Assembly (NCBI GenBank): GCA_041583775.1
Contig: JBFHFF010000001.1
Location: forward strand, 27,528-91,527
Origin: Candidatus Moraniibacteriota bacterium
GTDB taxonomy: Bacteria > Patescibacteriota > Minisyncoccia > Moranbacterales > DUUL01
DNA: 64,000 nucleotides
Direction of reading: 5' to 3'
The position numbers were made by a program, and so were the translations under genes. The notes beneath the pieces were generated by a model. The model saw nothing but the letters and a program-made list of their open reading frames with translations, made no database searches and had not been told where the DNA came from. Each line of letters starts with the position of its first letter. The first letter of the stretch is position 1. Of the stretch, positions 50,949 through 61,233 are shown one piece after another.

Positions 50949-52430
50949 TTATTTATTTCTAACTTCTTTCAATTTAAACACAACTCCAATAAAAAACAAA
51001 TAATACCCAATTACCCACCAAACGCCAACATCACCAATTTCAATATTCGCAAAAGGAAACTTTGCTAATTCTCCAATTGCAAAAATTTCAAAATGCAGAA
51101 AAAACCAAACTATTAAAGAAAATATTTTAGCAGCAAAAAGAGAAAAGAAACTGAGGATAATCGACATAAACCCTAACAACATAATGATTGGGATAAGTGG
51201 TAAAATGATAATGTTGGCAAGTAAAGAGATTAAGGAAAAAGATTCAAAAACATAAACCAAAAGACCTAAAACTCCTAGTTGTGCAGAAATTGTAACTAAA
51301 ATTATCGATTTAAGCTCTAGGAAATCATCCTTAATTTCCATCAATAATGACAATGGTGCATAAATTAAAATAATTCCAAGTGTCGCCAGAAATGACAATT
51401 GAAATCCAACATCATATAATAATATAAAAGGGGAGAAAAAAACCATCCCGGTCGCTGCGAAAACTGCAACACGCACAGAATTAGCTAAACGGCCTTTTTG
51501 CATCGCCCAAAGCATAAGAATTCCCATTATCGCAGCCCTTGTTGCGGATGACGGAGCACCTATCATAATAACAAAGAGGATAATTCCAAAAACAGCTAAC
51601 AAAAAAGCTTGTTTTCTCCAAAATCCCAAGCCAATCCCAAGCCACATTAGAATATTGGCAATGATTGTAATATTATAACCAGAAACAGCCACTGTGTGAG
51701 TTGTGCCTGTAATACGAAAATTTTCTGCCACACTAGTAGGCAAACGGTCATCACCTCCTAGCAATAGTCCTGCCAAATAAGCTCCCTCTGGTTCTGGCAA
51801 TAAGATACCGATTTTCTCTTCAAATTTTTCCCTTAACTGGAAAATTCTTCCCATAAAAAAACTTCTCTGAGTTTTTGTAAGCTTTTTTATTTTTGCAGAA
51901 GAGCAAATATAAAAAACTCTTTCACTAGCCAAAAATCTTTTATAATTAAATTTTTCATACTTATTTTCAGGAATTTTCATTTTACACGAAACTTGCAAGT
52001 AATCCCCAAAATTTATTGTTGGCTTTGGTTCTGCAAAAATTAAAACATTTTCTACAAATCTATTTTCCAACCCTTCAATCTCAGCACTAACAACAATTTT
52101 TTGATATTCTTCATTAATTTCAGGAGCTCTTTTCACTACAACTTCCCCATTAAAATCAAATTCTTCTTTCAGTGAGTCTAGTCTTAAAATTTCACCGTTT
52201 ATTTGCCAAACTCCTATCAAAAACCCCAAAGACAAAAAAAGTAGACGCCCGATACGCCTACTTTTCCATACAACCATACTCACAAAAAACAAAAATATGC
52301 CCACTCCTATTAACCAAAACTGCACCTCAATAAATGCTCTTATCGCAACACCAACCAAAAAACCAAATGCTATTAAAATTGAAATTTGTGAAATAGAAAA
52401 AAAATTTTCAAAAAAATTTTTTATACTCAT
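50949..52430 (-). CDS. comEC: ComEC/Rec2 DNA-uptake channel protein (DUF4131 plus competence domain)
   Basis: Polytopic, typical ComEC competence-domain architecture; MBL domain encoded separately downstream. Confidence 0.8.
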   Translation of the reverse strand: MSIKNFFENFFSISQISILIAFGFLVGVAIRAFIEVQFWLIGVGIFLFFVSMVVWKSRRIGRLLFLSLGFLIGVWQINGEILRLDSLKEEFDFNGEVVVKRAPEINEEYQKIVVSAEIEGLENRFVENVLIFAEPKPTINFGDYLQVSCKMKIPENKYEKFNYKRFLASERVFYICSSAKIKKLTKTQRSFFMGRIFQLREKFEEKIGILLPEPEGAYLAGLLLGGDDRLPTSVAENFRITGTTHTVAVSGYNITIIANILMWLGIGLGFWRKQAFLLAVFGIILFVIMIGAPSSATRAAIMGILMLWAMQKGRLANSVRVAVFAATGMVFFSPFILLYDVGFQLSFLATLGIILIYAPLSLLMEIKDDFLELKSIILVTISAQLGVLGLLVYVFESFSLISLLANIIILPLIPIIMLLGFMSIILSFFSLFAAKIFSLIVWFFLHFEIFAIGELAKFPFANIEIGDVGVWWVIGYYLFFIGVVFKLKEVRNK

Positions 52431-52453
52431 GCAAGCCTAGAAAAATAAAAATT

Positions 52454-52768
52454 TTAATGTGTCATTTTAAATGATATTTTTAATTCAAAATGATCAACAT
52501 CTTCCTCAAGTTTTCGACGAATATCGTTCAAACTATTGTAAACATCTCTGTCCTGAACACTCAATTGATCTTCTTGGGACAAAAACTTATTTAACTGAGA
52601 AACAAATTCTAAATCAAATCGCTGTGCTCTAATTCTGTTTCTAAAATCAAATTCATTAGAACCTCCCGTTGTGATTCTAAAAGAGGTATTCCCTATTTTC
52701 TCAATCTTAATTTTCTCACCATTATAATTCCCTTCGACCCTCCTTGTAAATTTCAAAATCTCACTCAT
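52454..52768 (-). CDS. Hypothetical protein
   Basis: 104 aa, no motif. Confidence 0.4.
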   Translation of the reverse strand: MSEILKFTRRVEGNYNGEKIKIEKIGNTSFRITTGGSNEFDFRNRIRAQRFDLEFVSQLNKFLSQEDQLSVQDRDVYNSLNDIRRKLEEDVDHFELKISFKMTH

Positions 52769-52779
52769 ATTTTTTTAAA

Positions 52780-53007
52780 TTAAACATTAATATCTATATC
52801 TACAATTTTTTCTCTTGCCGTCTTCCCTCCTACAATAACAATATTACTCTTTGCCGTCTTAAAGTGCTTTGAAAGCAATTTTATAACCGCCTCATTTGCC
52901 TCTCCTTTTGCAGGAAGTGCCGTAGTACGAACCTCAAATTGTTTTTTTGCAATTTCCACGACTTGATTTCTACCGCTTTTTGGAAATACTTTAATGTAAA
53001 TTCTCAT
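52780..53007 (-). CDS. DUF167 (YggU/UPF0235) family protein
   Basis: MRIYIKVFPKSGRNQVV ... VIKLLSKHFK ... VIVGGKTAREKIV fits the family. Confidence 0.6.
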   Translation of the reverse strand: MRIYIKVFPKSGRNQVVEIAKKQFEVRTTALPAKGEANEAVIKLLSKHFKTAKSNIVIVGGKTAREKIVDIDINV

Positions 53008-53318
53008 CTATTAAGATTATCTCTACCATGAAATCTTAAAGTCAGCTTATCTTTTCCTTCATCAATTTGATTTTTTAAATACCTTGCATTAATTCTTTTT
53101 TCAGAATCTGATAAATTCAAATTTTCATCTTCATCAACCCTGTCAATAAAATCACCAATCTCCTCATTAAATTTATCTGAATACATACTATCCCTTTTAC
53201 TGTTCAAATCAGCTTCACCGGTGTGCAATTGATATGCACCTTGTTTAATTTTATTAAAAAGCATTTGATTACCTCTAAACCTTTCTATCTTTCTTTTAAT
53301 TTCTATTGTTGTGGCCAT
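53004..53318 (-). CDS. Hypothetical protein
   Basis: 104 aa; 4 nt overlap with the downstream gene. Confidence 0.4.
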   Translation of the reverse strand: MATTIEIKRKIERFRGNQMLFNKIKQGAYQLHTGEADLNSKRDSMYSDKFNEEIGDFIDRVDEDENLNLSDSEKRINARYLKNQIDEGKDKLTLRFHGRDNLNR

Positions 53319-53328
53319 TATTTTATTT

Positions 53329-54027
53329 TTATCTTATTACAACTTTCTTAAAATATTTTTGCAATATTTTTTCTATTTTCACCAAGTCAATTTCTTTGCC
53401 CTTTGCCCTATCTCTTAATTTTTCATCCAAAATTTTTCCTTCATCACGATATTTCTGAAGTGCAAAGCTATCAATTCCCTCCAACCATTCACCAATCATT
53501 TCAAAATCTTTCACAGTATGAATTCCTGGCACAACTGTTGTGCGAAATTCATATAAAACATTTGAGTTCTTAATTAATTCAACACTTTTTTTTATATTTT
53601 TTAAATTAACAACAGCGCCACAAGTTTTCTCATAATTTTCTAAACAATTTTTAATATCCATTGCAATAAAATCAATTAATTTCTCTGAAAATGCTTTTTT
53701 TAAAATTTCAGGATTAGTTCCATTTGAATCAAGTTTAACCAAAAATCCCAAATTTTTAATTTTTCTTAAAAAATCCAAGATATCAATTTGCACTGTTGGC
53801 TCTCCACCAGTTACACAAATTCCCTCCAGTTTACCTTTTCTTTTTTCAAGAAAAGCAAAAAAATCACTCTCTTTCACAAAACCTCTTTCAAATTTATCTA
53901 CAACAACGACTAATTCTGGATTATGACAAAATGGACAACGAAAATTACAACCAGCCGTAAAAACTGTTGCAGCAATTTTCCCCGGATAATCAATTAGCGT
54001 TAGTTTTTGTAAACCTCCAAGAATCAT
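53329..54027 (-). CDS. nrdG: Radical SAM activase, anaerobic ribonucleotide reductase activating protein-like (NrdG type)
   Basis: IDYPGKIAATVFTAGCNFRCPFCHNPEL contains the CxxxCxxC radical SAM motif, matching the roughly 230 aa NrdG class. Confidence 0.65.
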   Translation of the reverse strand: MILGGLQKLTLIDYPGKIAATVFTAGCNFRCPFCHNPELVVVVDKFERGFVKESDFFAFLEKRKGKLEGICVTGGEPTVQIDILDFLRKIKNLGFLVKLDSNGTNPEILKKAFSEKLIDFIAMDIKNCLENYEKTCGAVVNLKNIKKSVELIKNSNVLYEFRTTVVPGIHTVKDFEMIGEWLEGIDSFALQKYRDEGKILDEKLRDRAKGKEIDLVKIEKILQKYFKKVVIR

Positions 54028-54090
54028 ACCTATAAATTATATTTATTAAACCCCTCTTTTCATATAAAACATTCTCTCCCTTGAAGCAAG

Positions 54091-56394
54091 TTATGCTGAC
54101 CATTTTTCACGCCTAGACTGATCATTTTCTGAATCTTCATATTTAGTTGAACCTTCTCCTACGGTCGAGCCATCTATTAAAACATCTCTTGCTCTTGAAC
54201 CATCTGGTGGTCCAATAACTCCATTTTCTTCCAAAAGATCAATAATCCTTCCCGCTCTTGAAAATCCAATTCTTAATTTTCTTTGTAACATTGAAGCAGA
54301 AGCTTTTCCAGCATCAACAACAATTTCTTTCGCTTTTTCATACAATTCATCGTCTGGTTCACCTCCAGTACCCTCGCTTGCAAAGACTCCAGTCGCACTG
54401 GACAATTGTTCTTCCAAAGATTGGGAGAGATCCTCCCCATCATCATATTTAATTTTATCAGCCTGCTTTTTAACAGCACTAACAACTCGCTTCACTTCAT
54501 TTTCTGAAACAAAAACACCCTGAATTCTCATTGGCTGAATTGAGTCAGCGCTTTTATATAGCATATCACCATTGCCAATTAGTTTTTCTGCACCACCTTG
54601 ATCCAAAATTGTTCTTGAATCAATTTGTGTTGCCACTTTAAAAGCAATTCTTGTTGTAATGTTAGCCTTAATTAGGCCAGTAATAACTTCTACTGATGGT
54701 CTTTGTGTTGAAACAACGAGATGGATTCCAATGGCACGAGCTTTTTGCGCTAAACGCACAATAAGTCCCTCTACCTCTTTTCCATGAGTCGCCATTAGAT
54801 CAGCTAACTCATCAATCACAATCAAAATATATGGCAGCTTTTCTAAATATTCCTCAGTAACTTCACCTGTTTCTTTGTCTATTATTTGCTTCTTCTCTCC
54901 TTCTTCCACCTTTTGATTAAAAGAAAGAATGTCTCTTGAACCAACTTCCTGCAACAACCCAAATCTTCTTTCCATTTCCCCAATTGCCCATTTTAAAGCA
55001 TTTACTACTTTTTGTGAGTCCACAATAACTGGTGTTAAAAGATGTGGAATTCCCCCATACAAAGACAACTCTACTCTTTTAGGATCAACTAAAATCATTC
55101 TCAATTCTTCAGGGGAATTTTCAAATAACAAAGTCGTTAAAAGCACATTAACACAAACACTCTTTCCTGTTCCTGTAGAACCAGCAATCATTAGATGTGG
55201 CATTTTTTCAATATTTGCCAAAACTGGTTTTCCACTAACATTCTCCCCCCAAATAATACTTAGGTTTGACTTTCTGTTTTCAAATTCAGAACTCTCAAGC
55301 ATCGTTCTCATTTTTACAAAAGATTTCTTTTTATTTGGCACTTCAATTCCCACCAATGACCTTCCTGGAATTGGAGCTTCAATCCTAATTGAACTTGCCG
55401 CCAAAGCTAAAGAGAGATTATCCTGTAAAGACAAAATTCTACTCAACTTTACTCCAACGGCTGGACTAAAGGTGTACTGAGTTACTGTTGGTCCAACCGA
55501 ATATTCTCCAGGGATTACTTCAATTCCAAAATTATGCAAAGTCTGTTTAATTATGTCGATTATTTCTTTATGATTAGAACTTGCTGCTCTTTTTTCATTT
55601 TTTTCAACCAAATTAAACGATGGTGGTCGCCAATTTATTCCACTATACACATTTTGTTTTATATGACCTCCTCCGACTTTTTTTTGAGGAGACTCTATTA
55701 CATCATCGGAAATATCATTTTTTGGACCCTCAACAAACTCAAGTGATTTAATATTATTTTTCAACTCTTCTGCTCCAATTTCTTTCTCGACACCTTTTTC
55801 AACAACTTCAGAATTATCATCCTCACCCTCTAAGGCATCTGTGTTTTTATTTTTTCCAATCCTTGGAATAGTAACATTCCCCTTGATTCTATCTATTAAA
55901 GAAAAAATTGAAGCATTAAAAAGCAAAATCAATCCTATAAGAGAAAAGCCTGATAAAATTATTACCGCTGCTATCTTACCTAGAAATTTTGCCAAAGGAT
56001 ACGCAAATGCAAATCCTAAATATCCTCCTGCTTGGCCGACCTTAGCAAGTTCAAGCATTTCTTTAGGATCGTGAAAAATATGTACCAACCCCAAAAGCAT
56101 ACTGTATAACAAAACTGCTCCAAATGCAGCCAGTGTGTAACGAATTGGTTTCATTTTCCTGAAATAAAGAACTCCTAGAATAAACATTATTAGAGGTAAA
56201 AAATATCTTCCTGCTCCAAATAAAAAAGCAAGCCCTTTGTCAATATACTCGCCAGCTACGCCAGCTTTTCCAAACAAACTTAAGAGAAAAATCAAACTAA
56301 TCATTATCAAAAAAACAGCAATTATATGTTTTTTTGCACCTCCATCCAAAACCGTTTCTTTTTTAGTTTCTTCTTTTTTCGGTTTTTTTCCCAT
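54091..56394 (-). CDS. ftsK: DNA translocase FtsK
   Basis: N-terminal TM domain, Walker A AGSTGTGKS, C-terminal gamma wHTH. Confidence 0.9.
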   Translation of the reverse strand: MGKKPKKEETKKETVLDGGAKKHIIAVFLIMISLIFLLSLFGKAGVAGEYIDKGLAFLFGAGRYFLPLIMFILGVLYFRKMKPIRYTLAAFGAVLLYSMLLGLVHIFHDPKEMLELAKVGQAGGYLGFAFAYPLAKFLGKIAAVIILSGFSLIGLILLFNASIFSLIDRIKGNVTIPRIGKNKNTDALEGEDDNSEVVEKGVEKEIGAEELKNNIKSLEFVEGPKNDISDDVIESPQKKVGGGHIKQNVYSGINWRPPSFNLVEKNEKRAASSNHKEIIDIIKQTLHNFGIEVIPGEYSVGPTVTQYTFSPAVGVKLSRILSLQDNLSLALAASSIRIEAPIPGRSLVGIEVPNKKKSFVKMRTMLESSEFENRKSNLSIIWGENVSGKPVLANIEKMPHLMIAGSTGTGKSVCVNVLLTTLLFENSPEELRMILVDPKRVELSLYGGIPHLLTPVIVDSQKVVNALKWAIGEMERRFGLLQEVGSRDILSFNQKVEEGEKKQIIDKETGEVTEEYLEKLPYILIVIDELADLMATHGKEVEGLIVRLAQKARAIGIHLVVSTQRPSVEVITGLIKANITTRIAFKVATQIDSRTILDQGGAEKLIGNGDMLYKSADSIQPMRIQGVFVSENEVKRVVSAVKKQADKIKYDDGEDLSQSLEEQLSSATGVFASEGTGGEPDDELYEKAKEIVVDAGKASASMLQRKLRIGFSRAGRIIDLLEENGVIGPPDGSRARDVLIDGSTVGEGSTKYEDSENDQSRREKWSA

Positions 56395-56495
56395 TTTATT
56401 ATTTTAATTCAAACCTTTTTTATTTTAAATATAACACAAAAATCATCTTTAGATTAACATGTAAAAAAAATTATCACAATTATTTCAATACACAA

Positions 56496-59171
56496 TCATA
56501 CTTTTACTGTTCGATGTTTTCTTAAGAAATATATCTTACTAGCCTCAATGATTATGGTTTCGAAAATCGTTAATCCTATGATTACAACCCAGTCTTTTGG
56601 ATAAATAGCAACCGTTCCAAGTAGGTTTTGAAAAGTTGGCACATAAATACCAATCAATAGAAGAATAAATCCAACAAGAACTGCCCAGTTCAAAAATTTA
56701 TTAGAAAAAATATCTCTTCTGAAAACCGTTTTTTTAAATGATCTAACAGAATAAGCGAAAGTTAAAGAATCAAAAACCATCAATGAAAAAACTAGAGTTC
56801 TAATCCTATCAACATCATCGAGCGTTTGACATAGATAATAAAAAAATAAGAAAGTTAAAACTCCATTGATCAAAAAAATTGTCAAAATCCATTCCTTAAT
56901 TTGTAAACTCAAAATTGGCTCTTTGGGATCCCTGGGTGGTTCTTGCATCACCCCCTCAGTTTCTTGTTCACTTGTTAGCGCCATATTAGGCAATGTATCT
57001 TCAGCTAAATTTATCCACAAAATCTGTGCTGCTATCAATGGAAGAGGTAGCCCAAAAGCCATTGCACCTAAAAACAAAAGAATTTCCGTAAAATCATCTG
57101 CAATTAAATATATCAAAACCTTTCTAATATTAGAAAAGGCGACCCTTCCTTGCTCAATTGCTTTCACGATTGTTTTAAAATTATCATCCAGCAAAATAAC
57201 ATCTGCAACTTCCTTTGCAACATCCGTTCCACTTCCCACAGCAACGGAGATATCTGAAGCCTTTAATGCTGGAGCATCATTCACTCCATCCCCAAACATT
57301 GCCACCACTTCACCATTTTGATGCAAAGCTTCAATAATTTTCAATTTATGCTCAGGAAGTGATCTCGCGAAAATCACAACTTTCTTAACTTTTTTTGCCA
57401 GACTCGCAATATTCATTTTCTCAACATCTTTACCCTCTAAAATTTGATTATCTTTAACCTTTAAACCAACCTCCTCAGCAACTGCTTTTGCTGTTAATTT
57501 ATGATCCCCTGTAATAATAATTGGATGAATACCAGCACCTTGAATCTCCTCCATTGCAGACCTAACATCAGCTCGCACAGGATCTTTAATTGCAATAAAA
57601 CCAACGAGAGTCAGGTCTTTCACTAAATCAGAAATTTGTTTATATTTTTCTTTATCGATATCTCGATACGCACAAGCAACGACTCGCAATCCTTTCTTCG
57701 TCAAACTATTAAGCTTCCTGAGCATTTTTTTGGATTGAGAACTTTCAAGTCCCAATTTTTTTCCATTGAAATCAATTTGTTTCGTCCTAGCAATCAGCTC
57801 CTCTGGAGCACCAACTACTAGCAATTTATTTTTTCCCTCAACTTCTCGCAAAGAAGCAGAAAATCTCAAATGCGAACTAAAACTAACTTTATCAATTAAT
57901 TTCCATTTCTTTTCTAATGCCTGAACATCAATTCCTGCTTGTAACCCAGATTTCAAAAGAGCTTTGTCTGTAAAAAATCCACGGACTATCCAATCATGTA
58001 GTTCATCTTTGGGGTTTTCAATGTAAGCATCGTTTGTTAATGTTGCTATTTTAATTGCCAAAACATCTGACTGAGCACTCTCAAGACTAAGTTCTCCCGT
58101 AAAAGAACTTCCCTTACTCAAGAGTTCTTTTGTACTAGTTATAACATGACTTACTTGCATATTTCCCTCAGTCAAAGTCCCTGTTTTGTCTGTACAAATA
58201 ACAGTCACACTTCCCAGTCCCTCTGCTGCAGAAAGTCTCTTAACAACTCCTTTATTTTTCAAAATTCGACGCATTGCTAAAACTAAAATAACTGTAATCG
58301 CTGGCAACAATCCTTCTGGAATCGCAGAAACGACAAGTGCTAGTGCAGCAATAAACATTTCGATTGGATCTTTCCCTCGCCAAACTCCTTCAGCAATAAT
58401 CACAACTCCTAAAAATAGAATAAAAACTCCAACCAATCTTGAGAGCTTTATCATCGCTTTTTGGAATGGAGTTTTTGGCTCTTTTGTTCCAGAAACCAAA
58501 GAAACTATTTTTCCGAATTCACTATGCAAACCTATAGCAACAACGACTGCTGTTGCTTCGCCAGAATCAACAGAGGTTCCCATAAAAACCATATTAACCC
58601 TATCTCCAATAATTGAATCTTTTGGCAACTGCATACTCTTTTTTTCCACCGATAACCACTCTCCTGTTAAAGAAGCTTCGTTGACCTTCAATGCATTACT
58701 TTCAATCACACGACAATCAGCAGGAACTTTGTCTCCAGCACTCAAAAAAATTATATCCCCCTGCACCAAATTTTCTGAATCAATTTCAATTTTATTCCCA
58801 TCCCGCAAAACCTTTGTTTTTATTTTTACCATTTTCTTCAAAGCCTCCAATGAGTTATTTACTTTGTTTTCTTGATAAAAACCAACAATAGTATTTGCAA
58901 AAACCACCACCAAAATGAAAATTGAATCTGAAATATGCCCAAGCAAAAAAGACACAACCACTGTTGTCAAAAGAATATACATCAAAGGACTATTGAATTG
59001 TGCTAGGAATAATTTAGTTTTCGAAAGAGCTTTTTTTTGTGGTAAGGAATTTTTTCCATCTCTTTCCATTTTCTTCTTGACCACTTTTGAAGAAAGTCCG
59101 CTTCTTGTCGTTACGATGTTTTTTAGTACATTATCAACAGAGTGTGCATGCCAATTTGTATATTGAGACAT
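56496..59171 (-). CDS. P-type cation-transporting ATPase (type IIA, Ca2+/Mg2+-like)
   Basis: ICTDKTGTLT phosphorylation motif, GDGVNDAPAL, 10 TM. Confidence 0.9.
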   Translation of the reverse strand: MSQYTNWHAHSVDNVLKNIVTTRSGLSSKVVKKKMERDGKNSLPQKKALSKTKLFLAQFNSPLMYILLTTVVVSFLLGHISDSIFILVVVFANTIVGFYQENKVNNSLEALKKMVKIKTKVLRDGNKIEIDSENLVQGDIIFLSAGDKVPADCRVIESNALKVNEASLTGEWLSVEKKSMQLPKDSIIGDRVNMVFMGTSVDSGEATAVVVAIGLHSEFGKIVSLVSGTKEPKTPFQKAMIKLSRLVGVFILFLGVVIIAEGVWRGKDPIEMFIAALALVVSAIPEGLLPAITVILVLAMRRILKNKGVVKRLSAAEGLGSVTVICTDKTGTLTEGNMQVSHVITSTKELLSKGSSFTGELSLESAQSDVLAIKIATLTNDAYIENPKDELHDWIVRGFFTDKALLKSGLQAGIDVQALEKKWKLIDKVSFSSHLRFSASLREVEGKNKLLVVGAPEELIARTKQIDFNGKKLGLESSQSKKMLRKLNSLTKKGLRVVACAYRDIDKEKYKQISDLVKDLTLVGFIAIKDPVRADVRSAMEEIQGAGIHPIIITGDHKLTAKAVAEEVGLKVKDNQILEGKDVEKMNIASLAKKVKKVVIFARSLPEHKLKIIEALHQNGEVVAMFGDGVNDAPALKASDISVAVGSGTDVAKEVADVILLDDNFKTIVKAIEQGRVAFSNIRKVLIYLIADDFTEILLFLGAMAFGLPLPLIAAQILWINLAEDTLPNMALTSEQETEGVMQEPPRDPKEPILSLQIKEWILTIFLINGVLTFLFFYYLCQTLDDVDRIRTLVFSLMVFDSLTFAYSVRSFKKTVFRRDIFSNKFLNWAVLVGFILLLIGIYVPTFQNLLGTVAIYPKDWVVIIGLTIFETIIIEASKIYFLRKHRTVKV

Positions 59172-59308
59172 TGTTATTTGTTTTTATTTTTACCTTAATT
59201 TTGTTTTTATTATAGCACTTTAAGAAAGTTGGGACAATGTAATTTATCATCTCTTTATTTATTATGGGTGTAATTATTTTCTATTCATATATTCTTTCTT
59301 TTTTCAAT

Positions 59309-59806
59309 TTACAATTCAACCTTCCTCACTTCACTTCCCGCCCACTCCAAAAATTTGAATAGGTCTTCTTTAGAAATCTGCACTGTAGCAGTATTGCGAT
59401 TTGGGTGAAAATTTAGTTTTTCATCAACAAGAATATCCCTATCCAAAATGACAATTACTTCTCGCTTTTCATCATTAATAATACCAAATGGCGAAACTGA
59501 GCCAGATACAAGCTTCAAATATTTCTCCAACCGCTCATTCGATGCAAATCCAAGTTTTCGCTCACCAGTCACATTGGAAAGTTTTTTAAGATCAACTGAT
59601 TTAAAAGCACTTGTAATAAAAAGAAAGTGTTTGTCTCCTTTTTTATTTCGTAAAAATAGATTCTTGATTTTCACACCATCAAGATAACCTTTGTGTAATT
59701 CTGCCTCTTCCACTGTGAAAACAGCTGGATGTTCATGTTCCAAAAATTCTATTTCCAACTTGCGAAAAATCTCATAAATATCTGTCATTATCATCTTCTC
59801 CAACAA
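59309..59806 (-). CDS. YbaK/ProX-like aminoacyl-tRNA deacylase domain protein
   Basis: KNLFL ... HFLF ... SGSVSPFG pattern. Confidence 0.7.
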   Translation of the reverse strand: MLEKMIMTDIYEIFRKLEIEFLEHEHPAVFTVEEAELHKGYLDGVKIKNLFLRNKKGDKHFLFITSAFKSVDLKKLSNVTGERKLGFASNERLEKYLKLVSGSVSPFGIINDEKREVIVILDRDILVDEKLNFHPNRNTATVQISKEDLFKFLEWAGSEVRKVEL

Positions 59807-59905
59807 TTAAAGTCTTCTTTCTTTCTGTTTTTTCAACAATAGCAACTTTTTAAAAATCTTTCCAGTCTCTTTTTTGCTCTTAATAAAAATCATCCATATG
59901 CTAGT

Positions 59906-60514
59906 ATGATAAATATTATGAAAAAACTAACTCAACCATTTTTCAATAGATCAGCACAAATAGTTGCTCAGGAATTACTGGGTAAGATTTTAGTTTATAA
60001 AAATAAAAATCATTTCTATTCAGGAATCATTGTTGAAACCGAAGCCTATGTCGGACCAGAAGACAAGGCTAGCCATGCTTCTCGTGGAAAAACTCCCCGC
60101 AACAGCCCAATGTTTGAAGAAGCAGGAATTTGGTATATCTATTTAATTTATGGATTTTACAACTGTCTCAATATAGTTACTGGAGAGAAAAACTTCCCCG
60201 CAGCTGTTTTGATTAGGGCCATTGAACCAATCGATGGAATTGAAGAAATGAAAGTTAATCGCCGTTGTGAAAAATTAGAAAATCTCACAAGCGGTCCGGG
60301 AAAACTTTGCCAGGCTTTTGAGATTGATAAAAATCTGAACCACTTTTCTGCAACAAACAAAAAATCTCCCTTGTTTATAGGAGATATGGGGACAAAAATT
60401 TCAAAAAATAAAATCATAAAAGCCAAAAGAATTGGCGTTGACTATGCTGGAAAATGGAAAAATAGATTACTGAGATTCTATCTCAAGGACAATGTTTTTA
60501 TTTCGAAGAAATAA
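59906..60514 (+). CDS. DNA-3-methyladenine glycosylase (MPG/AAG family)
   Basis: AQELLGKIL ... GIIVETEAY..PED.ASHA ... G..YIY.IYG. Confidence 0.8.
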   Translation: MINIMKKLTQPFFNRSAQIVAQELLGKILVYKNKNHFYSGIIVETEAYVGPEDKASHASRGKTPRNSPMFEEAGIWYIYLIYGFYNCLNIVTGEKNFPAAVLIRAIEPIDGIEEMKVNRRCEKLENLTSGPGKLCQAFEIDKNLNHFSATNKKSPLFIGDMGTKISKNKIIKAKRIGVDYAGKWKNRLLRFYLKDNVFISKK

Positions 60515-60551
60515 AAATGAAAACATATTGCGTTGTGCTGAAAAATTTGCT

Positions 60552-61058
60552 TCAAAAAAAATCTCCTGCCTCTCTTTTCCAAATCAACCAATTCTTACTC
60601 TTTTGCATTCCCTTTTTGTTAATGTCTTTTTTATCAAAATCTTTTACTAACATCATTTGATAACGGCCCTTCAACTTCTCCCCTAAAAGATTAAATGATA
60701 TTCTGCCATCAACTAGATTTCCTTTCATAAGTCCCCACACACCCTTATCCCAAATTTCAACCTTTCCTGCCCCATAACTTCCCTCAGGAACCGCTCCTTC
60801 AAAACCAATGTGTTCTAAGTTTCGATTTTCAACTCTAATAGCTAAGCGTTTTTCTTCTGCAACCATTGGAAGATTTTTTGGAACTGCCCAAGAAACTAAA
60901 GTCAGTTCACCAGTCTCCGAATCCTCCATTTTTAAACGAAAATCATAGTGTGGATGAGAAGTTGAATGCTTTTGAATCACGAATAATTGCTCGGGCAAAT
61001 TCTTGCTCGAGTTATCTTTTAAGCTCTCATCAAAATTGTTTGATTTATCTGCCTTCAT
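60552..61058 (-). CDS. Stand-alone LigD 3-prime-phosphoesterase (PE) domain protein
   Basis: FVIQKHSTSHPHYDFRLKM ... LVSWAVPKN matches the LigD_N/PE signature. Confidence 0.7.
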   Translation of the reverse strand: MKADKSNNFDESLKDNSSKNLPEQLFVIQKHSTSHPHYDFRLKMEDSETGELTLVSWAVPKNLPMVAEEKRLAIRVENRNLEHIGFEGAVPEGSYGAGKVEIWDKGVWGLMKGNLVDGRISFNLLGEKLKGRYQMMLVKDFDKKDINKKGMQKSKNWLIWKREAGDFF

Positions 61059-61204
61059 CTTAGCTATATTTTAACATCTTTTAGCTTAAACATCAATTAT
61101 TATTACTGTTTTTAGAACACATAAATACTTCTATTTCCAATTCCAAAAAATATTTCTTTAAAACAAAAAACAGAAATTAAAAATAAAAAATCATACCAAA
61201 TACT

Positions 61205-61233
61205 TTGACATTCGTCGCTTTTTCTGTTATTAT
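61205..61233 (+). promoter_or_regulatory. Sigma70-like promoter (TTGACA-17nt-TATTAT) with about 190 nt leader before the next gene
   Basis: ttgaca 61205-61210, tattat 61228-61233. Confidence 0.45.

Noticed and set aside
58186-58875. 229 aa plus-strand ORF
   Set aside because: Antisense inside the P-type ATPase gene. Similar shadow ORFs at 54929-55480, 56866-57321, 47565-47984 and 50093-50572 are rejected for the same reason.
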